Assembly (NCBI RefSeq): GCF_030144855.1
Contig: NW_026779444.1
Coordinates: forward strand, 62,001 to 102,025
From: Hypanus sabinus
Taxonomy: Eukaryota
DNA length: 40,025 nucleotides
Direction: 5' to 3'
Under the pieces are notes generated by a model. It was not told the DNA's origin and ran no database searches. It saw nothing but the letters and a program-made list of their open reading frames with translations. Both the position numbers and the translations under genes were made by a program. Position 1 is the first letter of the stretch, and each line of letters begins with the position of its first letter. Shown piece after piece: positions 1 to 11,307 of this stretch.

Positions 1-337
1 GCTTATTTACTGATTGGACACATTAGAGGCAGGAAGCAGGTTCCCGAGATTGGGGGAGTCCAGAACCAGAGGCCAAGGTTTAAGAATAAGGGGTAGGCCA
101 TTTAGAACAGAGTTGAGGAAAAACTTTTTCACCCAGAGAGTTGTGGAACTATGGAATTCTCTGGATGCTTTCAAGAAAGAGTTAGATAGAGGTCTTAAAG
201 ATAGCGGAGTCAAGGGATATGGGAAGAAGGCTGGAACGGGGTACTGATTGTGGATGATCAGCCATGATCACATTGAATGGCAGTGCTGGCTCAAAAGGCA
301 GAATGGCCTACTCCTGCACCTATTGCCTATTGTCTAT
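1..337 (+). mobile_element. CR1/L3 LINE 3' end (family B)
   Basis: ORF2 C-terminus (RKNFFTQRVVELWNSL...GYGKKAGTGY*), 3' UTR and ctattg-type tail; same family as 12231-13167 and 25964-28212. Confidence 0.85.
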
Positions 338-900
338 TGATATTGTCCTGGTCCAGCTTGTCTCTCACTAAGTGAACACTGGGGGGCAGCACTGAGCAAA
401 AGTGGAAGGCAGCGCCGATGGGAGGGGCCTGTCCCCAACCCACGACGGACTCCAGCACGTCCACAGAGGCCTCTGCTCTCTCCCACACCATCTCGGCATC
501 TTCTGCAGTGTTCAGGGATGGGTCAGAACCTCCAGCACCCATTGTATTCTGTGTCCAGACTCCGGGGATGAATGTTATATCGGCCACTCCCAGCCTCAGC
601 TGGTGATGAGTTCCATTTCCCCACCACATCTCCATTTCAGACGGTCCCTCACACAGGGTGGCCCCCAGACCTTCAACGGGCCCCCTGGTGGGGCCTTGCC
701 TGAGCCTGGGAGGAATGAGTGGAGTTCTAACGGAGGATCAGGAAGCTTCCCAGAGAAGACACACACTCAACATTTCAGGAAGAGCTTCTTCCTTTCTGTC
801 GTCGGATTTCTGAATGGACAATCAGAAAAGTGAGGACCAGCTCACTCTTTTCCCTATTTTTCCCTCTTTTGTGCTACTTATTTAACTTAAAATTTATACA
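338..900 (+). mobile_element. Rex1/L2-type LINE 3' remnant, copy 1
   Basis: Ends in the HFRKSFFLSVVGFLN motif typical of LINE ORF2 C-termini; near-identical copy at 4308-4890. Confidence 0.6.
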
Positions 901-959
901 TGTAGGTATATATTTCTTATTGAAATTTACAGTTTTTAATTAATATGTATTGCAATGTA

Positions 960-1290
960 TAACAGGGTGTCAGGGTGAAGATACGTCTTTACCAAAGGAG
1001 GTTTAAGACACTCCTTCCCTCCACTAGTCTTCACTTTACCCTTGGGCGAGGTGTAGCCCCTGCTTAGACCCCTGATCAGGTTCATGTGAATCCATGGGAT
1101 CAGGTGGTGGATGGTGTAACAAGCAGCTGGTGCAGATCACAAATTCTGGTTATGCGACCACTGACACCAGGCAGACAATCTCTGAAGAGTATTGATAATG
1201 GCTGTGCTCTGTCCTGTACAGACACTGCTCAGAAGAAGGTGATGGAAACCATCTCTGTAGAAAAATTGCCAAGAACAATCATAGCCATAA
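960..1290. mobile_element. Short interspersed repeat (family not named), copy 1
   Basis: accaaaggagg...gcagctggtgcagatcacaa block recurs, diverged, at about 5310-5535. Confidence 0.5.
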
Positions 1291-1714
1291 ACAGGAGAAA
1301 ATCTGCCATTGCTGGAAATCCAGAGCAACACACACAAAATACTGGAGAAACTCAGCAGGTCAGGCAGCGTCTGTGGGGAAAGGATCAAAGGTTCATTTTA
1401 TTGTCAAAGTCTACACGTAGAATACAACTCTGATATTCATCTTCTCCAGATAACCATGATATCCAGATAAACCATGGGATTCATTACAAGAAAAGACGTC
1501 AATACTCCCACACGAAAAGGAAAAAGAAAAATCTCGCAAACCTCAAACCCCCCCACCTCCCTCCCTCGCACAAAAGCCAACAGATCACCCACATGGAAGA
1601 CGATCGACAGAAGATCGAAAGCCTCAAGCCCCCAACCCACTCACTCTCAAAAAATACAGTGCTGACAGCACCAAACCCAACACCCTCTCCCCACACAGAT
1701 CACCCACACAGAAC

Positions 1715-2090
1715 AGTAAACTCAGCTCCATCTACCTGACTTTTCCCCATAACCCTTAATTCCCTTACTATGGAATAACCTATCTAACTGTTTCTTAAGT
1801 ATATTTAGTGAAGAAGCCTCAACTGCTTCCCTGGGCAGAGAATTCCTCAGGTTCATCACTCTCTGGGAAAAACAGTTTCTCCTCATCCCCATCCTAAATC
1901 TTCTTCCCGAATGTTGAGGCAATGCCCCCTAGTTCTAGTCTCACCTACCAATGGAAACAACTTTCCTACTTCTATCTTATCTTTCCCTTTCAAAATTTTG
2001 TATGTTTCTATAAGATCCCCCCTTATTCTTCTGAACTCCACAGAGTATAGTCCCAGGCGACTGAATCTCTCCTCACAGGTTAACCCCTTC
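1715..2090 (-). mobile_element. CR1 LINE 3' fragment
   Basis: Minus ORFs 1883..2095 (LGLYSVEFRRIRGDLIETYKI) and 1722..1922 (RNCFSQRVMNLRNSLP) are the frameshifted CR1 ORF2 end. Confidence 0.85.
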
Positions 2091-2092
2091 AT

Positions 2093-2335
2093 CAAGACAG
2101 AAGCCAGCCCCCTTCATGGATTCTGTCTGCACTTCTCACCGTCTCTGTGAAACAGAATGCAAAATCAGAGACCCTCCCATTCACCCTGGACATTCTCTCT
2201 TCGGCCCTCTCCCACTAGGCAGAAGATACAACAGCCTGGATGCACGGACCACCAGGCTGAAGGACAGCTTTTATCCTACAGTTATAACTACGGAGTTGTC
2301 CCCCAGTATGATAGATGGACTCTCCACCTCATTAT
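2093..2335 (+). mobile_element. Rex1-type LINE 3' end
   Basis: HPGHSLFGPLPLGRRYNSLDARTTRLKDSFYP; second copy at 14768-15010. Confidence 0.7.
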
Positions 2336-2344
2336 TTATTTGTT

Positions 2345-2625
2345 TATTCATTTAGAGATACAGCACGGAACAGGCCTTTCCGACCCAACGAGCCACACCA
2401 CCCAGAAACCCACCTATTGAACCCACGACGATTTACAATGATCAATTAACCGACGAGCCGGTCCATCCTTAGACTGTGGGAGGAAACCGGAGCACCCGGA
2501 GGAAACCCACACAGTCACAGGGAGAACGTACAAAGTCCTTACAGACGGTGCAGGAATTGAACTCTGAACTCCGACACCCTGAGCTGTCATAGTGTCACAC
2601 TAACGGCTGTGCTACCGTGGCAACC
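2345..2625 (-). mobile_element. tRNA-derived SINE, V-SINE/HE1-like
   Basis: Reverse complement of the core GGGTTTCCTCCGGGTGCTCCGGTTTCCTCCCACA, a B-box-like GTTCAATTCC (2553-2562) and an A-box-like region near 2601-2621. Confidence 0.7.
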
Positions 2626-2749
2626 CACTTCATTATGGCCCTGCACCTCACTGCCTGCCCGCACTGAACTTTCTCAGTAACTGTCACACTTTATTCTGCA
2701 CTCTGCTGTTGTGTCCCCTGTAATGTGTTAGAATGTACTGATTCATGTT

Positions 2750-3450
2750 GTTACACTGTAGTGATTAGTGTTATTACCTGTACTGATTAGTGTTGTTATT
2801 CTGTCGTGATTTGTGTTGTTACCTGTACTGATTAGTGTTGTTATTCTGTCGTGATTTGTGTTGTTACACTGTACTGATTAGTGTTGTTACACTGTAGTTA
2901 TTAGTGTTGGTGTCAACTGGTTCAAAAACTGAATATCTGAAGGGAATTGGCTGTTCTTGAACGTGGTGATGTGAGATTTAGGCTTCTTTACCTCCTGCCC
3001 GATGGGACTGTTTTATGTTCTAAACAGTTTCTCTTGTCTGAATGGTTTGCAATTAGTGAGACATAGATGGGTTGTGTTTTTATTCAGGAGGGTGGTTCCC
3101 AGTGTTGTTACACTACTGTGATTTTTGTTGTTAGACTGTACTGATTGGTGTTGTTATACTGTACTGATTGGTGGTGTTATACTGTACTGATTGGTGCTGT
3201 CAGACTGTACTGATCAGTGTTCTAATACAGTACTGATTAGTCTTGTTACACTCCACTGATTAGAGTTGGTGTCAGCTAGTTCAACAACTGAATGGTTGAA
3301 GGGAATTAACTATTCCTGAACGTGGTGGTGTGAGATTTAGGCTTCTTTACCTCGTGCCCGATGGGACTGTTTTATGCTCTAAAGAGTTTCTCTTGTCTGA
3401 ATGGTTTACAGTTAGTGAGACACAGATGGGTTGTGTTTTCATTCAGAAGG
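2750..3450. repeat. About 360-bp tandem duplication, each unit = a 21-23-bp ctgtactgattagtgttgtta array plus a minus-strand LINE tail
   Basis: 2900-3090 aligns to 3260-3450 at offset 360; short-period arrays at about 2750-2905 and 3105-3265. Confidence 0.85.
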
Positions 3451-3555
3451 GTGCTGTGGGGAGTTTTTATTATTTTGCAGGCTGGAAATTTTGTCAGTGT
3501 TAAATGTTTTTGCTGAGGGTTAACTGATTTATTCTGGCACCTGTCCTTCCCTCAG

Positions 3556-3936
3556 CTCCCAATGAGAGTGTCTCTGTGATGACTGGAACCAAGGGAGCTT
3601 CGGCCACGTTACCCTGTGTGTTCACACGGCCTCGGCAGAGCCTCACCGCACACACGGTGACGTGGATGAGGAAGGATCCCTACCGACACATCGTCACCTT
3701 CAGGCATATTCGAAATGGATCGTGGGCAGCGGAAAACGGAGTGATTCGGTACGAGCTCGTTGGGGACCCAGAGCTGGGAAACGCCTCGATCAGGATAAAG
3801 CAGCTGAGAGTGGAGGACAGTCACAGCTACCTGTGTCTGGCTGAGTTCAGGGAAAGGATTCATGATGATTCATCCTACATCAATCCCCCATATATCCATG
3901 TGATCCAGAGTGAGATCCAGCTGCAGGTCACCCCAG
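3556..3936 (+). CDS. Ig V-set domain exon (phase 1-1)
   Basis: Acceptor ctgtccttccctcag|CT and donor CCAG|gtaaga. Translation has B-strand LPC, C-strand TWM, GDPELGNASIRI and EDSHSYLC (D-x-x-x-Y-x-C), plus N-glycosylation sequons NES, NGS, NAS. ORF 3576..4064 is this exon reading on into the intron. Confidence 0.9.
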
Positions 3937-4307
3937 GTAAGAAACCATTGGCACATTCTGCAGGGAATGGGGAGGGTTTTAGGGGTGGGTGGGGGGTAGC
4001 CTGCTACCATTATCCTTTCTCTTATCAACCCCACCCCCGTGTTTATCTGTCTGTCCCCGAGTGAGATCTGACTGTAGATCAGACCCGGAAAAGAACCCGT
4101 CACCACATTCAAGTTCAAGTTTAATTGTCAATCAGCCACACGTGCATACAGCAAAACAAAACAGCGTTCCTCCAGGACAAAGTGTAAAGCAGAGTAGCAA
4201 CAGCACACAGTACACATCGTTACGATCGTAGAAAAGCATACAGTCACAAAAAGACATAATATAGCCCAAGTTCCTGAGTGGTCTGGATTGGAGCTGGATG
4301 GCAGATT

Positions 4308-4890
4308 GGATATTGTCCTGGTCCAGCTTGTCTCTCACTAAGTGAACACTGGGGGGCAGCACTGAGCAAAAGAGGAAGGCAGCACCGATGGGAGGGGCCT
4401 GTCCCCAACCCACGATGGACTCCAGCACGTCCACAGGGGACTCTGCTCTCTCCCACACCATCTCGGCATCTTCTGCAGTGTTCAGGGATGGGTCAGAACC
4501 TCCAGCACCCATTGTATTCTGTGTCCAGACTCCGGGGATGAATGTTATATCGGCCACTCCCAGCCTCTGCTGGTGATGAGTTCCATTTCCCCACCACATC
4601 TCCATCTCAGACGGTCCTTCACACAGGGTGGCCCCCAGACCTTCAACGGGCCCCCTGGTGGGGCCTTGCCTGAGCCTGGGAGGAATGAGTGGAGTTCTAA
4701 CGGAGGATCAGGAATCTTCCCAGAGAAGACACACACTCAGCATTTCAGGAAGAGCTTCTTCCTTTCTGCTGTCAGATTTCTGAGTGGACAATCAGAAAAG
4801 TGAGGACCAGCTCACTTTGTTTCCTTTCTTTCCCTCTTCTTGTGCTACTTACTTAATTTAAAATTCCAGATATAGATATATATTTCTTAT
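4308..4890 (+). mobile_element. Rex1/L2-type LINE 3' remnant, copy 2
   Basis: Near-identical to 338-900; both copies start at the same gatattgtcctggtcc. Confidence 0.6.
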
Positions 4891-5536
4891 TGTAAAGTAA
4901 AGAAACAAGAAAAAGAAAAGGGCCCATTCTCCTGAAACAGTCAAATGTGCAAACGTTGGAGCTCATTGGTAAGGTCGATCGTCCACCATCAATCTCCTCC
5001 GATCGTCGCTGACCTTCGGACCCTCACTCCAAGTCCATTCCATCCGGCGGTCTACCTTCTCTCTCCATTCGCGTCTTCTCTCCTCATCTCTCCCCAGCAG
5101 AAGTCTGTGAATTCCCGGCTCCCAGACACACAAGAAAGAACAACATCCCTCTATTCACGAACATGCCCCGTTATCTTTAGTCATATCCCAAGCATTGCTG
5201 CTCCAGAGAAACCATTACCTCAGCAGTGGAACATCACAGTGATGCCATTACATTAGCAGTGAAACCGTACAGCATGTTACAGTAATTTATAGTCTTTTTA
5301 TTAATATGTATTGCAATGTATTATCGTGTGGCGGGGTGGAGATGTATCTCTACCAAAGGAGGTGTAAGATGCTCCTTCCCTCCGCGAGCCTGCAGGTCAC
5401 CCTTGCCCACGGTGTAGCACCTGCTTAACCCCCCCACCCCTCCTTCCAGCCCGGAATCAGGGTGATCTGAAGCCATGGGAACAGATGGTGGATGTTCGTA
5501 TGAGCAACTGGTGCAGATCACAAGCCCTGGTTATAC

Positions 5537-6517
5537 ACATGACAAGATAGGCCAAAGCCAGCATGGTTTCCTGAAAGGAAACTCCTGCCTGACAAAACTA
5601 CTGCAATTCCTTGAGGAAATTACAAGCGGGGTAGACAAAGGAGATGCAGTAGTTGTGGTGTACTTGGATTTCCAGAAGGCCTTTGACAAGGTGTCACACA
5701 TGAGGCTGCTTAGCAAGATAAGAGCCCATGGAATTACAGGGAAGTTACTAGCATGGGTGGAGCATTGACTGGTCGGCAGAAAACAGAGAGTGGGAATAAA
5801 GGGATGCTATTCTGGCTGGCTGCTAGTTACCAGTGGAGTTCCACAGGGGTCGGTGTTAGGACTGCTCTTTTTACGATGTATGTCAATGATTTGGACGATG
5901 GGATTAATGGATTTGTGGCTAAATTTGCCAATGATACAAAGATCGGTGGAGAAGTGGGTAGTGTTAAAGATACAGGGGAATGGGCAAAGATATGGAAAAT
6001 GAAATACAATGTTGGAAAGTGTATTGTCATGCACTTAGGTGGGAGAAATAAACGGGCAGACTATTATTTAGATGGGGAGAGAATTCAAAATGCAGAGATG
6101 CAAAGGGACTTGGGATTCCTTATGCAGGATACCCTGAAGGTTAACCTCTAGGCTGAGTCAGTTGTGAAGAAGGTGAATGCAATGTTGCCATTCATTTCTA
6201 GAGGTATAGAATATAACAGCTGGGATGTGATGTTGAGGCTCTACAAGGCACTTGTGAGACCACATGGAGTATTGTGTGCAGTTCTGGGCTCCTTATTTTC
6301 GAGAGGATATACTGCCATTGGAGAGGGTTCAGAGAAGATTCACGAGAATGATTCCAGGAATGAGAGGGTTACTGTGTGAGGAACGTCTGGCAGCTCTTGG
6401 GCTGTATTCCCTGGAGTTCAGGAGAATGAGGGGGAGGGGTCTCATAGAAACATTCTGAATGTTAAAAGGCCTGAACAGATTAGAGATGGGAAAGTTATTT
6501 CCCATGTAGGGGATTCT
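5537..6517 (+). mobile_element. CR1 LINE (family C), 5' part of a copy split by the Gypsy element
   Basis: RT motifs (QHGFLKGNSCLTKL, VVYLDFQKAFDKV, KFANDTK) across frameshifted ORFs; sequence continues at 14161. Confidence 0.9.
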
Positions 6518-6936
6518 TGTTGCAATGAAATGTGACGAATGAGGCAAACCCAAGAGCAGGACACGGGCATGGAGGTTTAGTTAGGTTGCAGACGTGGACG
6601 TGACCGTTGGACAGCAAACAGGAGAAACCTTGACACAGAGCCTTGACACGGAGCCTAAACATGGAGCCTCGACTCAGAGAGATGGAGTCTCACAGCTAAA
6701 CTTAGAACAAATGGTTCTAAGCGGTCGGGAAACATTAGTTATCACACAGGAAAAAGACCAACGATCTGGCAACTGGGGTTTGTAACACCGGGGTTCTTGT
6801 ACTGCAGGTCCTGATGGAAACCAGGTGTGCCGTCATCAAAGAAAATTAGAAGCAATTGGGAAATTAACGGTCGCAACCATGGAACAAACAAAGGAAATTA
6901 GAGGAAACTAGGGAATAAACGATCAGGCCCATGATA
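6518..6936 (-). repeat. 3' LTR of the Gypsy element (about 419 bp)
   Basis: Runs from tgttgcaat at 6518 to tgata at 6936; aligns to 11252-11306 plus 13758-14160. Confidence 0.9.
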
Positions 6937-6951
6937 GTACCTCCCCTCCCC
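6937..6951 (-). promoter_or_regulatory. Polypurine tract of the Gypsy element
   Basis: Minus strand GGGGAGGGGAGGTAC directly abuts the 3' LTR. Confidence 0.85.
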
Positions 6952-9900
6952 ATTTCAGCAGTGAACCACCAGGCTTGTCCGGATGGTCCCGATGGAAATC
7001 ACAGATGAGGGAAGGGTCCAGGATGAAGGAGGGGGAATCCAGGAGTGTTCCCCCGGGCCGTATCCCTCTCAATCATCCAGGTACTGGAGACTCCTGCATC
7101 GGAGGCATGCATCCAGTATTCACTGTATGATGTACGCTGGGTGGTCGTCAATGACCCAGGCGGGTGGAGGGGGTTCGGCAGGAGGGCACAAAAGGCTGAC
7201 AGATCCAGGTTTCAATTGGGAGACGTGGAATGTAGGATGGACGTGCATGGATCCGGGCAGTTTGAGTCGGACCACCGAGAGGCTGATGACACTCAATCTC
7301 GAATGGTCCCAGGTAGAGAGGGGCGAGTTTCCTGGGTTCATTCTTGAGGGGGATGTCTTTAGAAGTGAGCCAAACCTTCTGCCCAGGCCGCTAGTTTGGT
7401 GCAGGAATCTGATGGCGATCGGCATTTGCGGTTGGCTGAGCGGAGCAGGGCCATATGTCCATCTTTCCAGATCTTGCGGCACCGGCGGAGATGGGCCTGA
7501 ACTGAAGGCACAGCAATATCATCTTCATGCGTGGAGAACAGAGGGGGTTGGTAACCGAGTGAGCATTCAAAGAGAGACGTTCCAGTGGCGGTGCTGACCC
7601 GGGAGTTGTGGGAGTACTCTACCCAAGCGAGATGGGTGCTCCAGGAAGACGGGTTGTTGGCAGTTATGCAGCGCAATGCTGCTTCCGAATCGTGGTTTGC
7701 TCGTTCTGTTTGACCGTTCATCTGTGGATGAAAGCCAGACAGCAGATTAACTGAGGCTCCAAGGGCTTGACAAAATATCTCCAGACTTGAGAGACGAATT
7801 GGGGACCCCGGTCAGAAATAATGTCAGAGGGAATCCCATGAAGACGGAAGACATGATGGACGAGAAGGTCGGCTGCTTCACGGGCTGTAGGGAGTTTGGG
7901 AAGGGCTATGAAGTGGACAGCTTGGGAGAAGCTGTCCACCACAGTGAGTACAGCAGTGTTCCCATGTGAAGGGGGTAGTCCCGTAATGAAATCCAGCGCA
8001 ATGTGACCAAGTGTGGCTAGGGACAGGTAGGGAACGAAACAACCCAGCAGGTGGTCGGTGGGAGGCTTTTCCACGGGCACAAACAGAACAGGCAGAGACG
8101 AAGGAACGGGTGTCAGCATCCATGGAGTGCCACCAGACATGTCCATTCAGAGGGGACAGAGTCCGATCGATTCCGGGACGGCAGGCGAAACGAGTAGTGT
8201 GCCCCCACTGGAGAACCTGTGACCGAACAGAATCGGGCACCAAGAGGCGATTGGAGGGTCCATTGCTTGGGTCAGGTTGAGTCCGTTTGGCCCCTTTGAC
8301 TATGGACTCGATCTCCCAGGTGAGGGCAGCCACTACACAGGATGGTGGAAGGATGGTCTCGGGGTTGAGAAGGGCCTCCTTGGAAACATATTGATGGGAG
8401 ATGGCATCGGACATCGAGCATCCATGTGAATCTGAACCGGCCAAAAAATAATGCCCAATGGGCTTGTTGGTAATTCAGGCGTTTGGCAGTTTGGATGTAC
8501 GCGAGGTTCTTGTGATCAGTCCAGATGATAAACAGATATTCTGCGCCCTCCAGCCGGTGCCTCCACTCCTCCAAAGCGAGTTTGACAGCCAGTAACTCCC
8601 GGATCACTACGTTGTAATTTCATTCGGCGGCGAGAAAAGAAGGCCCAGGGATGAAGTTCTGGTCTGGGCCGAAACGTTGGGAGAGGACCGCTCCCACCCC
8701 AGAATCAGAGGCGTCGACCTCCACAGTGAATTGGCGAGAGGGGTCAGGTTGGACCAGGATGGGAGTGGAGGTGAAACATCTCTTCAGCTCCGAGATGGCA
8801 GAGTCCGCTTCGGGGTCTCAGTGAAAAGGGGTCATAGGTGATGAGAGTCGAGTAAGGGGCGCTGCCGCCCGGCTGTAACCCCTGATGAAACGACGATAGA
8901 AGCTTGCAAACCCAAGTTTGCTTGAGCGTCGTGGGTCTTGGCCACTCCACCATCGCCCGGATCTTTTCGGGATCCACTCTCACTCGTCCGGTCTCGATGA
9001 TGTACCCTAAGAAGCTGACTGAGGGGACATGAAACTCTCACTTCTCAGCTTTAACGATACTTTGTTCTCCCAAAGCCTCTGCAGAACCTGACGGACATGG
9101 CGGGTGTGTTTCTGAAGACTGTGGGAGAAGATTAAGATGTCATTGAAATAAACAAACACAAAGCGGTTAATAAGGTCTCTAAAAGGACATCGTTTATCAG
9201 GGGTTGGAAAACAGCGGGGACATTGTTGAGGCCGAATGGCATGACCAGGTATTCGTAGTGACCAAGAGGGGTGTTAAATGCTGTTTTCCACTCATCTCCC
9301 TCCCTTATCCTGAGCAGATGGTAGGCACTTCGTAGGTCCAACTTGGAGAAGATGGTGGCTCCGTGAAGTGGTTGGAAAGCAGAGTTGATAAGGGGCAGTG
9401 GATATTTGTTCTTTATGGTTATACTATTTAGGCCTTGGGAGTCAATGCAGGGGCACAGTGAACTGCCTTTCTTCCCTAAAAAGAAACCTGCACCAACAGG
9501 GGTGGATGAGGGTCGGGTTATGCCCGCCGCGGGTGATTCATTTAGGTAAGCCTCCATTGATTCCCTTTCTGGCCGGGACAGGTTACACAGCCGACTGGTG
9601 GGTAGGGGGGCCCCGGGGAGAAGGTCAATAGCACAATGGTCAGGTCAGTGTGGAGGCAGGGAAAGGGCCCGTTGTTTACTAAACACTTGTCCCAGGTCGT
9701 GATACTCTGCTGGAACCTTGGATAAGTCAGGAGTTTCAGAGGCAGACGAGGTCACAGTGACTTTCACAGGGGATAGGGCCGATTGTAGACAAGTGGAGTG
9801 ATAGAACAGACTCCAGCTGGCTACCTTCCAGGTGGACCAGTCAATGTGGGGGTTATGGCAGCTTAACTGGGGTACCCAAGAACAATAGGAGCATGAGGAG

Positions 9901-11239
9901 AGGAAATTAGGTTAAATTGTACCTTTTCCTGATAGTTCCCAGAGAGAGTAAGAGACAGGGGATGGTGTGCAGTGTGTGACTCGGGCCAGTAGTCTACCAT
10001 CCAGTGCCTGGGCTTCCAAAGGGGTACTCAATGGCTCCCGAGGAATTCTGGCCCGGGAAGATATGTTTTCATCCAAAAGGTTTCCCTCAGTGCCAGAGTC
10101 CACTAGAGCGGACAGAGGCAGGGGCTGATGGTTTTAACGCAAAGTAGCTTGGATCTGCATCTGGGTTTGGGGGACAGAAGGGAATGTTGTCTGGCTCACC
10201 AAGATCCCCCTTTCTACTGGTGAGCCAACCCTTTTGGCCAAAGGGAACAGGTAGCACAGAAGTGGCCAGACTGGCTGCAATAGAGATAATCCCCTGCTCT
10301 TACTCTCTGGAGTTGTTCTGTGGGGGAAAGGCGGTTCAGTCCCAGCTGTTTGGTTCCTCTCACGGCATGGTGGAAACGGCCGGACTGGGAGCTATTCTAG
10401 GAGTGGGAGGAGAAGAGAGGCCTGTGCTGGTGGGAGATGGTACAGGGTGCCGTGGAGTAGCCAAAGGTGGTGGACGACCAGTTCTCTCCCTATGGCGTTC
10501 TCGAAGACGATTGTCCAACCTGGTTGCTAGGGAGATCAAGGAGTCCAGGCTGTCGGTGTCGTCTCTTGCCACCAATTCATCTTCCACCATTTCGCTGAGA
10601 CCATTGGAGTGCCTCATCGTTCCACCCTGAGTTCCACCCGCTAATGTCCGGAGTTTCAGAGAATACTCGGCAACACTGCGTGAGCCCTGACAGGAGTGAG
10701 GGGACATTTAGTGGCATCTTTACCACGGACGGGGTGGTCAAAGATCTTTCTCGTCTCTGTGATAAAGGTGGGGAATGAAGAGCAGATATCTGGCTGATTG
10801 TCCCAAACAGCTGTAGCCCCCGCTAAGGCACTTCCCCTCAACAACCCCATGATATAAGCTATCTTTGACTTGTCCGTGGAAGACATCAATGACTGCTGAT
10901 CGAACAGCAAGGAGCTTTGCAGAAGGAAGGCCCGGCACTTCCCCAAATCCCCAGCGGAGTGTTCTGGTTCAGGTCCGTGAGGCTCTCTTGGTGGGGGTGT
11001 TGCTGACATGTAGGGGGTTGCCACTACAGACTGTCTGGGTTGGTTAGACAGAGTTCCAGGAGTGGATGGGGTAAGATGAGTGGATACTCGGTCCACCTGG
11101 TCACCAATCTTCTTTACGTTCACAGACAGGGAATGGAGGTCCTCCATGACCTCCTGGAGAAGTTGATCGCAGACCCCGCAGGGATCCCTGGCTAGCGAGG
11201 GTTTGTTACAGGGTATTCATATCCACTGGGTCCATTGTG

Positions 11240-11250
11240 GCCAGATCGTT
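11240..11250 (-). promoter_or_regulatory. Primer-binding site, complementary to the LTR itself rather than obviously to a tRNA
   Basis: Minus strand AACGATCTGGC lies 1 nt inside the 5' LTR end; its exact complement is present in both LTRs (6760-6770, 13984-13994). Confidence 0.8.
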
Positions 11251-11307
11251 CTGTTGCAATGGAACGTGGCAAATGAGGAGAACCCAAGTGCAGGACACAG
11301 GCATGGG

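Noticed and set aside
3556-3936. Rearranging antigen-receptor V segment (Ig, TCR, IgNAR) or true Siglec
   Set aside because: There is no RSS after the V, the G strand is germline-joined, and no constant-domain exon was found before the TM. The Siglec-essential Arg is absent (YLCL). No gene symbol was assigned.
3576-4064. 162-aa ORF as a single-exon secreted protein
   Set aside because: It has no signal peptide, strong splice sites bracket the Ig fold at 3556 and 3936, and the rest is intron read-through.
11240-11251. Conventional tRNA primer-binding site
   Set aside because: It does not start with TGG next to the LTR, and it is fully explained by complementarity to the LTR; a tRNA search was not run.
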